Shown: positions 1 to 8,565 of the stretch, piece after piece
Layout: every line of letters starts with the position of its first letter
How positions within the stretch are numbered: position 1 is the stretch's first letter
Origin: Azolla caroliniana
Taxonomy: Eukaryota > Plantae > Polypodiophyta
Length of the DNA stretch: 10,705 nt
Assembly: GCA_043228905.1 (NCBI GenBank)
Contig: JBHGNT010001243.1
Span: 1 to 10,705 of the forward strand
Direction: 5' to 3'
Position numbers and translations under genes: made by a program
Notes under the pieces: model-generated
What the model was told of the DNA's origin: nothing
Seen by the model: the letters and a program-made list of their open reading frames with translations, nothing else
Databases searched by the model: none

Positions 1-1173
1 AAGAGGAGAAAGTTGGAAACCAAAGCCAAGAAGTGCATTCTAGTTGACTACTCGGACGAGCAAAAGGGTTATAAATGTTATAACCCCCAAACTAAATAGG
101 TTTGAGTTAGTCAAGATGTCGTAATCGATGAATCTTCTCTGTGGTACTTGCCTCCGCCTTCAACCCCCATTAACTCCATTCTGAGTTCTGAGGATGAGGC
201 CTGTGAGGCTGAGATGTCCCTGGATGGAGAAGAGATTAGAACTCTAGATGAGAGTATGATCTCATTTTGGCTAAGTGAATCAAATCAGGGGTTGAGCCAG
301 AATAGCCAGCCCAATGATGAGCCGACGAGTAGTGGAGAGTCGACTCTGCAGTCCCCGCACTAGAAGCCGAGGAGAAGGCTTAGACACAAGGAGAAGGCAA
401 AGATGAAGATGCCGAAATATGGCATAGATGTTGCCATGTTAGATGAGAGAGAATCCAACAGAGCCATGAGCAATGATGGAACTCCAAAAATGAGGTTGGA
501 GTCAACGAAGAGGGCCATAAAATCGGCGAACCAAAAGTTGCACTGATCCACCCATGAGAAGAACCCCGTAATCTGGTATGGTACAATGAATACATGTCAC
601 ATTATTATGCGTATATGACAAAGGTGGCAGAACTGTGTGAGCTGAAGAGATACACAAAGGCGACAAGGGACACAAATTGGTGAGCCACAATGGAGGAAGA
701 GATGTGTGCCTTAATGGAGAATGAAAGATGGGACCTAGTTGACGCCCCCAAAGGATTGAAGCCAATTGGATGCAGGTGGTAGCTTTGTCAATTGGTACAA
801 GGCCCGATTGGTGGCAAAAGCTTACGCACATCAACACGACATCGATTTTGACGAGACATTTGCATCGGTTGCCAAAATGACAACCGTCTGGGTGTTGTTG
901 GTTGTAATGGTGGTGAAGGGATGACACCTGCATGAAATGGACATGAAGAATGTGTTCTTGAAAGGAGAGCTTGAGAAATAGATGTACATGATGCAACCTC
1001 CCAGGTTTCAGTCCGGATTGAGCATGTCAGCTGTCTGTCAACTAAAGAAGTCTTTGTACAGACTAAAGCAAGCCCCACGTGCTTGGAAAGCAAAGATCAC
1101 GGAACTGTTGCATTGGATGGGATTTGTTCCGTCGAAGTTCGACTCAACACTATTCATCCAGTAGGGTCGAAAC
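1..1173 (+). pseudogene. pol: Ty1/Copia pol fragment (integrase C-terminal SH3-like region, linker, N-terminal half of RT), degenerate
   Basis: Manual translation gives KRRKLETKAKKCILVDYSDEQKGYKCYNP...VSQDVVIDE (Copia post-integrase motif). It continues MEEEMCALMENERWDLVDAPKGLKPIGCRW, YKARLVAK...IDFDETFASVAKMTTV, LHEMDMKNVFLKGEL and MYMMQPP...[15 protein letters not shown]...SKFDSTLFI (RVT_2 motifs). INT-before-RT order is Copia. There are many stops and frameshifts, and it ends before YVDD. Confidence 0.93.
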
Positions 1174-1342
1174 CTCTCATAGTTATGGATTGGCAGATTG
1201 GTGAAGAATATCATAGAGTAATTAGAGTGGAGTCAAAAAGTAAGGAATTGGAATGCATCAAATCCATAGCTCCCTTTGATAGAGCAGCTTTGATAGTAAG
1301 TTGTTCGACCCTTTGTGTTTGTAGACCAAGAATATGATGACA
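1174..1342 (+). repeat. Probable 3' remnant of the 5' LTR of a Ty3/Gypsy element
   Basis: Non-coding stretch that interrupts the Copia RT and ends in ...GATGACA (CA at 1341-1342), 7 nt before a PBS-like motif and upstream of gag. No TG start and no partner LTR are visible in the window. Confidence 0.45.
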
Positions 1343-1349
1343 TAAATTT

Positions 1350-1362
1350 TGGCATGCCCGGT
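1350..1362 (+). promoter_or_regulatory. Putative primer-binding site (tRNA-Arg type), partial
   Basis: TGGCATGCCCGGT lies right after a CA end and resembles the TGGCACGCCC(A/G)GTGGGAC PBS of non-chromovirus (Tat/Ogre-type) Gypsy elements. The 3' GGGAC part is absent. Confidence 0.5.
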
Positions 1363-1399
1363 TTTACATCTATTTGAAACAGAGAGCAAAGGAGAATGG

Positions 1400-2660
1400 A
1401 TGTCGCCTAGTCGGCCTAGTACAGAACAACCTGTAGGAAGCAGACGACCACGCACAAGATCGGAAAGCCGACGTGTTCAAGAAGAAAATTCGACTTACCT
1501 AGAGTTTTTTGAACGTATTCAACAAGAGGCTGTAGAGGAATTAAGGGCAATTTCCGATTTACAGACTGACAGTAGCTCGGACGATGAGACGTTCGACCAG
1601 CGCCGACACCTAACCAACTTGGTAAGAGTATTAGAGGAGGATATAATGTATGATCCTTATCCCAAATAAAATGATGACGCGGATGCAAAACAACATGTGC
1701 CGACTTTCCTCACCACATGCCAAGCTAACCATGTCTCACAACGACTTTTAGAAGCAAACATTGATAAATCGAAGATAGCAAAGTTCAGATTGTTGTTAGA
1801 AGGGCAATCAACTAATTGCTACTCGTAACATGAAGAGGGTGAGTTTGAATCATTTAAATAACTAACTAGTAAATTTATCAGGTTATTGCATTGGGAAATT
1901 CCAAAACCGGAACTTATGAACCAATTCTATGCAGCTTACCAAGAAGCTCATGAAATATTTCCCCAATTCATTATTCGATTCCAAATCTTCGGAGGCTGTT
2001 AGCACGAACCCCTCCTAAGGAAGATGTGAAGGATGCCTTCTTATCGGCACTCCGAGAGCCACTCCGGACTGCACTACCTGTTTTCGATTTTAAGGAACAA
2101 TCACTAGAGCAAGTGATTGACAAAGCACTCGTAATGGATAGAGCACAAACAAGTAATAGTATGTTGCTAACATCCTTACAAAAATCATTACCAAATCAGG
2201 AGGAATTGAGGTTTTGACAAGAAATTCAATGCACAACTTGCTTGAATCCTGGGCCTTCCACAATAGAATGCACATTACACACACATTGCCCAATTTTCCA
2301 TTCAAAGTGACATACAATAGACGAGTGCAAATATAACCTCTTAAACAAGGTTGCGGCTCCGGTAATGCAAATAGAGCCGCATAATGACCGACCGGATGAC
2401 AGAATGCGGCAGACAAACCGTTTCCGAGAAGAGGATAGACTAAGATCTGAGAATCAGTTTTGACTAGATTGAAATCGACGAGATGATTATAAAAGGGACG
2501 AGCACCTTCAGATGAGTATAGAAGGGGCAATAGTCAACGATATGAGTGTGATTACTCACCTCACCATGATAGAAATGATCGGCATTTGTACAACAACAGA
2601 GGATCAAGACATCAAGATGACCAATGGTATTACAATCAACGTGAGAGGAATGGCGCGGAA
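1400..2660 (+). pseudogene. gag: Ty3/Gypsy-like gag (capsid region, two CCHC zinc knuckles, R/D/Y-rich tail), degenerate
   Basis: ATG at 1400 (MSPSRPSTEQ...). Read-through gives YPK*NDDADAKQHVPTFL...KIAKFRLLLEGQSTNCYS...FESFK*LTSKFIRL...QEAHEIFPQFIIRFQ (Retrotrans_gag-like, MHR-like) and KDAFLSALREPLR...SLEQVIDKAL. Decayed tandem knuckles CTTCLNPGPSTIEC and CPIFHSK*HTIDEC lie at 2230-2328. Frameshifts near 1990 and 2510. Confidence 0.82.
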
Positions 2661-2834
2661 TATTGCTCAACACCAACCAAGTCTTGAACACTTCTTTACG
2701 AATGAAACACACAAATGGGAAGTGGAGAGTACACAAGGAAATACATAGGATGTTTACTTGGAAAACCTTGAATGGGAAAAACCACGGGAGCCCACAAACT
2801 CCAACTATCACTATAGGAGAAAGGTACAATTAGA
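2661..2834 (+). pseudogene. Probable Gypsy polyprotein linker remnant, left part
   Basis: Protein-like frame IAQHQPSLEHFFTNETHKWEVESTQGNT*DVYLENLEWEKPREPTNSNYHYRRKVQL follows gag and is cut by the Copia LTR at 2835. No catalytic motif. Confidence 0.4.
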
Positions 2835-3132
2835 GTCTCGGAGGCAACGACCTCGAGCTCGCGATCTTCACCAACTGGCGGTTACAACAGAGTATAGCTC
2901 TATATCTTACTCTCTCTCCCCCTCTCTCTCTGTCGCTCTCTCTCTATACAAGAATATAACAATAACTACAACTACACTCAAAGTGATTGCCCTAAGTTAT
3001 ATTTATACTGATATGAACTTAGGGCTATTTAAAAATATAACCTCAATAGGCTCACTCAAGAAACATATTTACACATATGTCTTCTCTTATGGTTCTCACC
3101 GGATTCCATCTGGAGAGAACGATTTCCCAACA
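2835..3132 (-). repeat. 3' LTR of the Copia element (298 bp)
   Basis: Aligns gap-free at offset 4137 with 6972-7239 for 268 bp, with about 22 mismatches overall by hand count (~93%). It lacks 21-bp and 48-bp segments present in the other copy. TATAAATA at 3000-3007 (- strand) and a (GA)n tract. Confidence 0.93.
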
Positions 3133-3145
3133 ATCTCCCCCTTCA
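3133..3145 (-). promoter_or_regulatory. Polypurine tract (PPT)
   Basis: The - strand reads TGAAGGGGGAGAT immediately before TGTTGGG. Its TGA is also the pol stop codon. Confidence 0.92.
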
Positions 3146-3610
3146 CTCCGGCATGGGATATCTTGTCAGCCCGATCCGCTTTCGGCACGCGTCCAGCTTG
3201 TCGGTTGTCAGCACCTTGGTCAATATGTCTGACCCGTTCTCCTTCGTGTGGATCTTTGTCAGCACGAACTCTTGATCTTGTACTCTCTCCCGGATCTAGT
3301 GGATATGTTTCGTCGGGGAATGGTAAGCCGTGTTTTTTACAAGGTGGATGGCAGTTTGACTATCGCAGTAGAGCCGTTATTCCTCCTGTTTGATTCCTAG
3401 CTCTCCGATGAAGTCCTTCATCCAAATTATCTCATTGCCGGCTTTCACAACTGCCATGTACTCCGCTTCCATGGTTGACAACGCAACCATCTTCTGCAGC
3501 CTCGACTGCCACGAAACAACTCCCCCTGCATAAATCATGACATATCTGGATGTAAACCGGCTGGTATCTACATGAACCGACATATCTGAATTAGTGAATC
3601 CATCAAGTTG
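3143..3610 (-). pseudogene. pol: Copia RNase H domain, disrupted
   Basis: LDGFTNSDM...SRFTSRYV...VVSWQSRLQKMVALSTMEAEY...ELGIKQEE*RLYCDSQTAIHLVKN...TKHIH*IRE...IHTKENGSDILTKVL...YPMPE*, with the stop at 3143-3145. Confidence 0.92.
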
Positions 3611-4730
3611 AGGATTACTAGAGCTGAATCGGAGGCACATACTCGAAGTGCCTTTCAAATACCACAATATCCACTTGACCACATTCTAGTGCTCTTTGCC
3701 AGGATTGCTCATGAACCAGCTCACCACTCCAATTGCATATCTGATATCCGGTCAGGTACATACCATCGCATACATTAAGCTCCCGATGGTAGAGGCATAT
3801 GCTATTTTCATCATATCCGTCTTCTCCGTCTTTGTCCTCGAGCTTTGTTTTCCTGACAGCTTGCAATTTGCCGAAATTGTCGATCCGACTGGTTTTGCCT
3901 CCGACATGTTGAACCTTTGAAGCACCTTTGTCACATACTTCTCCTGTGACAACCACAACAGCTTCTTTGACCGGTCCCGGAGGACGTGCATTCCCAATAC
4001 CTGTCTTGGCGACCCCAAGTCTTTCATTGAGAAGGTCCAGTTCAGAGCCTTCTTCAACATCCGAAATCTTGCCCTCGTCTCGTTTGACGATCATCATATC
4101 ATCCACATATAAGAGGAGCATCAAGAAACCTCCTCTGTCAAATTTCTTCACAAACACACAGTGATCGGCCTGCGTCTTGTGGTACCCTTGGTCAGTCATG
4201 AAGAAGCCGAACTTCCAGTACCGGAGCCGAGGAGCTTGCTTCAATCCGTATAAGCTCTTCTTCAGCCGGCACAGCAGGCACTCCTTCTCTTTCTTCTCAA
4301 ATCCTTCCGGTTGATGCATGTAGATCTCTTCTTCGAGGTCCCAATGTAGGAATGTCGTCTTCACGTCCAGTTGCTCTACCTTGAAGTCCATGCTTGACGC
4401 TATGCCCAATACCATCCAGATGGATGTCATCTTTACTACCGGGGCAAAGATCTCATCGAAGTCCACTCCTTTCTTCTGCTGGAAGCCCTTCACCACGATT
4501 CGGGCCTTATACATGGGTAGATTTTCGGCATCTCCCGGTTTCAACTTTTACAGCCACTTGTTCCGGAGTGCTCTCTTCCCTTTTGGCAACTCCATCAGTT
4601 CATATGTGTGGTTCTCATGCATGGAATCCATCTCATCCTACATGGAACTCAACCACTTGCAGTTGTGGGTGTCTCTCTTTGCTTCTTCGAAGCTTTCCGG
4701 CTCCCCCTCATCGGTTAGCAACACATGCTC
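3611..4730 (-). pseudogene. pol: Copia reverse transcriptase (RVT_2), disrupted
   Basis: EPESFEEAK...EMDSMHENHTYEL...ALRNKW, YKARIVVKGFQQKKGVDFDEIFAPVVKMTSI, QLDVKTTFLH, LKKSLYGLKQAPR and LLLYVDDM (YVDD at 4098-4109). After a frameshift near 4062 it continues FSMKDLG...LWLSQEKYV...IGSLMYAMVCT*PDI. Confidence 0.96.
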
Positions 4731-4988
4731 TGCATCCGGGAATCTCCGGGGGGCTCTTCTCTCTCAGAGAGGATATGTCCATCCTTGGTTTTTGACTACC
4801 GGTTCCTCTGTTTGTTCCTCATCCTCATCCGATTTGGGATCTTGTCTGGTTCCGGTGTCTTCTTCTTCTTCGGTCAGTTCGGTTTCCTGTCTGTATCCGG
4901 CCGGTTCGTCGAGTGTCATCTGGTTACCGGCTAGCATCCGGTTTTCAACCGGGTAAGCCCTTGTGTCCTCAAGCCGGTTTTCAATGAA

Positions 4989-5872
4989 TTATCTGGAGTT
5001 CATCACCTTCTCCGACTCCCAATCGGCAATGGTCCTGTCTTCCATGAAGACTATGACATCCCAACTCCGGAACACCTTCTTGTCAACCAAATCCCACACC
5101 CGGTAACCAAACTCATCATCGTCGTATCCAAGGAATATGCATGGCCTGGACTTCAGATCCAACTTTGCTCTCTTGTCCTTCGCCACATGCACGTAAGCGA
5201 GACACCCAAACACCTTCAAGTGTCGGTAGGACACGTCCTTACTGGTCCATACTCTTTGCGGTGTGTCTCCTCCCAAGGGTACTGAGGGTGATCTGTTTAT
5301 CACATAGGTTGTCATCGTCAGCACTTCAGCCAAAAACGTCTTGGGTAACTTGGCATGTGCGAGCATGCTCTAGACTCTCTCCATTATGGTCCGGCTCATC
5401 CTTTCGGCCAAACCGTTTAGTTCCAGCGTCTTCGGAATAGTAAACTCGAGCCGTATTCCCTTCGACCGGAAGTACTCCTTGAACTGCCCCCGTTATTCTC
5501 CTCTGTTATCTGCTCGAGCCACCTTCAGCTTCCGGATGGTTTCTCTTTCCACTCTCGTGTGGAGCTCCTTGAAGATGGATAGCACCTTATTCTTTGTCTT
5601 CAATGGTGAGACCCACAACTTCCGTATGTGGTCATCTATGAACGTCACGAAGTATTGCGATCCAGCATGTGACTTCGTGTCCACTTGACACACATCAGTA
5701 TGCACCAGCTCCAGTGGTGCATTCCATCTCATCGGTGGTTTTGACCGGAAGGAGGTTTGGTTTTGCTTGCTGGCCAAGCTATCGGTGCACTTCTCAAGTT
5801 GCATGTCCTTCACCGGAATGAGGTTGTCTTCTGCAAGCGTCTTCATCCCCTTCTCACTCATGTGACACAGTC
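4989..5872 (-). pseudogene. pol: Copia integrase (partial HHCC zinc finger, DDE core, C-terminal SH3-like region), disrupted
   Basis: RLCHMSEKG...LEKCTDSL, LELVHTDVC, YFVTFIDD, RADNRGE*, NGLAERMSRTIMERV*SML, YVINRSPS, HLKVFGCLAYVHV...KLDLKSRPCIFLGY...GYRVWD. Confidence 0.95.
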
Positions 5873-6234
5873 TTCCGGGCTTGAGCCACTATTAGGCTCC
5901 CTTTGCAGAACTTCATGACACCGTTCCGGATGTTACCCGTGTAGCCTTCATCATCTAGCCAACTGGCTGATATCAGGTTTAGTCGAACCTCCAGAATGTG
6001 TCGGACATCCTTCAACAACAATTTGCATCCAGTTGGTGTCACCACCCACACGTCTCCTATGCCGACAATTCGACATGCTCCTTCATTCCCCATCTGGACA
6101 TAGTCGTGCTCACCGACTGTGTAGGATGAGAAGCATTTCTGGTCCGGGGTAAGGTGGAACGACGCTCCGGAATCGACAACCCACGTTGTCTCGTCACTAG
6201 CAAGGTTCAACTCACTCTCCTCGGTGATGAGCAT
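5873..6234 (-). pseudogene. pol: Copia aspartic protease region
   Basis: WVVDSGASFHLT (DSGAS at 6160-6174), VQMGN...IVGIGDV, LLLKDVRHI...NLISASWLD. Same frame as gag. Confidence 0.93.
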
Positions 6235-6971
6235 TAGTTCTTCTTTACTTGCCGTGATTGCCGTCGTTCCCTTCCAGTCCGAGCCTCACTGATCCGAACC
6301 GTTTCAGTCCGGTGACTTCTTCAAATCGGTACTGTCGATTCACTTGTCTTTTCGAAAATGCCAACAGTTCTTCTAGAAATGCCCCGGCTTGCCGCAATAG
6401 AAGCAAGTGGGCCTCCCCCTTGACTTTGACTGTGTCCCCCACTTTTCCTGGTTCTGGGGACTCCGATTCCTTTGTCTTCCGCGTTCCAATTCGGTAAGGA
6501 GGGCTTTGGCATCGAAGATCACCTCCTTGTCTTTCTGACATGCCTCCTCATCTAGCAAGATCGACTTGACTCTTGCTAGGGATAGTTGTTTTCCTTCCGG
6601 CCTAGCGTTGCCCAACGTGACAACTAACGTCTCCCAGCTAGCTGGGAGGGAACCGAGCAGGAGTAGAGCAAGTACCTCATCGGCGAGAGGTACTTGCAAC
6701 AAGGTTGCCTGGTGTATCAGCCCCTGGAATGCATTCATGTGCTCTGCCATACTGGAGCCGTCCTGGTACCGAAGCCTCACTAGCTTCCGGAATACCGAAA
6801 CCCGATTAACGACATTTTTGTTTTGGAACATAATGCCGATCTTCTCCCAGAGTTCATGAGCCTTGCTCTCTTCATTGAAGTTGTTGTACAGGCTCATGTG
6901 GATGAAGCACCGGATGTATGTCGTCGTCTTCATGTGCATCACCTCCCACACTATGGCATCGATCTTATTCG
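6235..6971 (-). pseudogene. gag: Copia gag (UBN2/Retrotran_gag_2 plus CCHC knuckle), N-terminally truncated
   Basis: AHELWEKI...NRVSVFRKLVRLRYQDGSSMAEHMNAFQGLI...LLLLGSLPASWETLV and the knuckle CFYCGKPGHF*KNC. Several stops follow before the protease. It abuts the LTR directly. Confidence 0.93.
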
Positions 6972-7338
6972 GTCTCGGAGGCAACGACCTCGAGCTCACG
7001 ATCTTCGCCAACCGGTGGTTACAACAGAGTATAGCTCTGTATCTTACTCTCTCTCCCCCTCTCTCTATGTCGCTCTCTCTCTATACAACAATATAACAAT
7101 AACTACAACTACATTCAAAGTGATTGCCCTAAGTCATATTTATACTGAAATGAACTTAGGGCTATTTACAAATATAACCTCAATAGGCTTACTCAAGAAA
7201 CATATTTACATATATGTCTTCTTTTCCAGTTCTCACCGGGTCTTCCTTATTTATCACCGGATCCCATCCAGAGAGACCAATTTCCGAACTCAACGGAGGA
7301 ACAAAAACAATTGGCAAATTAATCGTCGGTTCCCAACA
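6972..7338 (-). repeat. 5' LTR of the Copia element (367 bp)
   Basis: Direct repeat of 2835-3132. Starts TGTTGGGAACC at 7338 on the - strand. TATAAATA at 7137-7144. Confidence 0.93.
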
Positions 7339-7498
7339 AGTGATGAATGACAGGATGACAATAGACGACCTAAGTTGTAATGGAAGTTTTAATATAACCC
7401 TCGAACCCGAAAAAGAACCATAGCCACCAGATTTTCAACAATATCAATTCAAAAAAGTGGAACCTAATGAGCTCACTAAACCTATCTGCTATGGGTGA
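7339..7498 (+). pseudogene. Probable continuation of the interrupted Gypsy polyprotein linker
   Basis: VMNDRMTIDDLSCNGSFNITLEPEKEP*PPDFQQYQFKKVEPNELTKPICYG*. It joins in frame to 2834 when the Copia is removed. Its identity as the PR-RT linker is inference. Confidence 0.4.
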
Positions 7499-7744
7499 AA
7501 GCATGGGAGTGGAAACAATTAGTTGTGTCCTTGACATAGCTAATTAGCTATGCAAAAGCTACCAATGATTTAGTCTTTTTGCACCATGAATGAAAACATT
7601 AGAATGAGTACCATAAATGTGTAATAGAAACGTGCACCATAATTGGAAACATTAATTATATACCAAATTTTTAGATCCCTTATGCATGATCCATTGGCAC
7701 ATCACATTGGCCATCACTTTGTGATTGTTCAAGCTTGATTACTA

Positions 7745-8170
7745 CCACTGTTCGCTCCGACTGAGTTCACTCCTCCATTGCATCCATTGTAGGCTCAATT
7801 GTCACCACTGTTCGGTCTTGGATTGACGCCATTGTTCGCATCGATTGAGTTAGCTCCTCCATTGCGGCTATTGTATGCTCAATTGTTGTCATTGTTCAGT
7901 CCTGGATTGCTTCCACTATTCGCTCCGACTGAGTTAACTCCTCCATTGCGGCCATTGTACACTCCTTATTGTCACTGTTCGCTCTGATTGAGTTAGCTCC
8001 TCCATTGTGGCCATTGTACACTCAGTTGTCGCCACTGTTTGGTCTTGGATTGCTGCCATTGTTCGCTCCAACTAAGTAACCTCCTCAACTGCGGTCATTG
8101 TACACTCAGTTGTCATCAGAATTCCGTCCTCTATTGTTGCCACTAATTGCAGCTCAATTGTTGCCACTGT
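7745..8170. repeat. Degenerate minisatellite, 84-bp unit made of 60-bp and 24-bp subunits, ~5 copies
   Basis: Units start at 7745, 7829, 7913, 7972 and 8056. Approximate consensus: CCACTGTTCGCTCCGACTGAGTTAACTCCTCCATTGCGGCCATTGTACACTCAGTTGTCG + CCACTGTTCGGTCTTGGATTGCTG. Unit 3 lacks the 24-bp part. Confidence 0.9.
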
Positions 8171-8565
8171 CAGCTAAGTGATTCGCTGGTGATTTTACTT
8201 GCATTAGGTGTCAATATTGTTGTTAGCCACTTGCAACTTCTAAAACCGCCACTTTCGAACACTTAGCTCCTTTATTGCTAGGTAGCCATTGCATCTACAT
8301 CTTCATCTATTAATTACCTTGTGTATAATCTTGTGTATTGCAGAATAATTTTGTGTATTGTTGTTGTATAGAGAGAGAGATTATGAGCCACCACTATTGC
8401 CCCATGGTGGTTGCAATCGTCAACGTTTGAGTAGCGTTCACTTTGCCACGGCAAACAGTCACTTACTATCACTGTGTGCTCTTGCAAACGGTGGGATCAC
8501 CCCTGTTAATAACCGGTTTGCATGTGGTATAGTCATTTACGTCTCATTTTTTTTTCAATTTACTA

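Larger units (their letters stand above)
2835..7338 (-). mobile_element. Ty1/Copia LTR retrotransposon (Tnt1/Tto1-like), ~4.5 kb, near full length but non-functional
   Basis: Two direct repeats (2835-3132 and 6972-7338) flank gag-PR-INT-RT-RH in Copia order on the - strand. Both LTRs begin TGTTGGGAA on the - strand. A PPT is adjacent to the 3' LTR. Confidence 0.96.

Noticed and set aside
360-2829. - strand ORFs over the first Copia and the Gypsy gag, some hydrophobic and membrane-like
   Set aside because: They are the reverse complement of purine-rich coding DNA, which yields F/L/S-rich pseudo-transmembrane peptides. No support for an env-like gene.
3618-4060. C-terminal half of the 308-aa ORF as a novel RT extension or programmed frameshift
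   Set aside because: It is off-frame read-through after a 1-nt indel near 4062. The true RT continues in ORF 3752-4060, and the element has many other lesions.
3696-6859. + strand ORFs (3696-3920, 3928-4164, 4381-4956, 5141-5440, 5386-5688, 6258-6497, 6566-6859)
   Set aside because: These are antisense shadows of the Copia gag-pol with no independent protein character.
7330-7345. CCCAACA-AGTG read as a + strand LTR end plus the start of a PBS
   Set aside because: It does not continue as TGGTATCAGAGC. The PPT position and gene orientation show this is the LTR 5' end on the - strand.
8442-8522. Short inverted repeats (TTTGCC-AC-GGCAAA; TGCAAACGGT...ACCGGTTTGCA) as an ncRNA or Helitron end
   Set aside because: The stems are short or imperfect, there is no downstream CTRR terminus, and no recognisable RNA fold.
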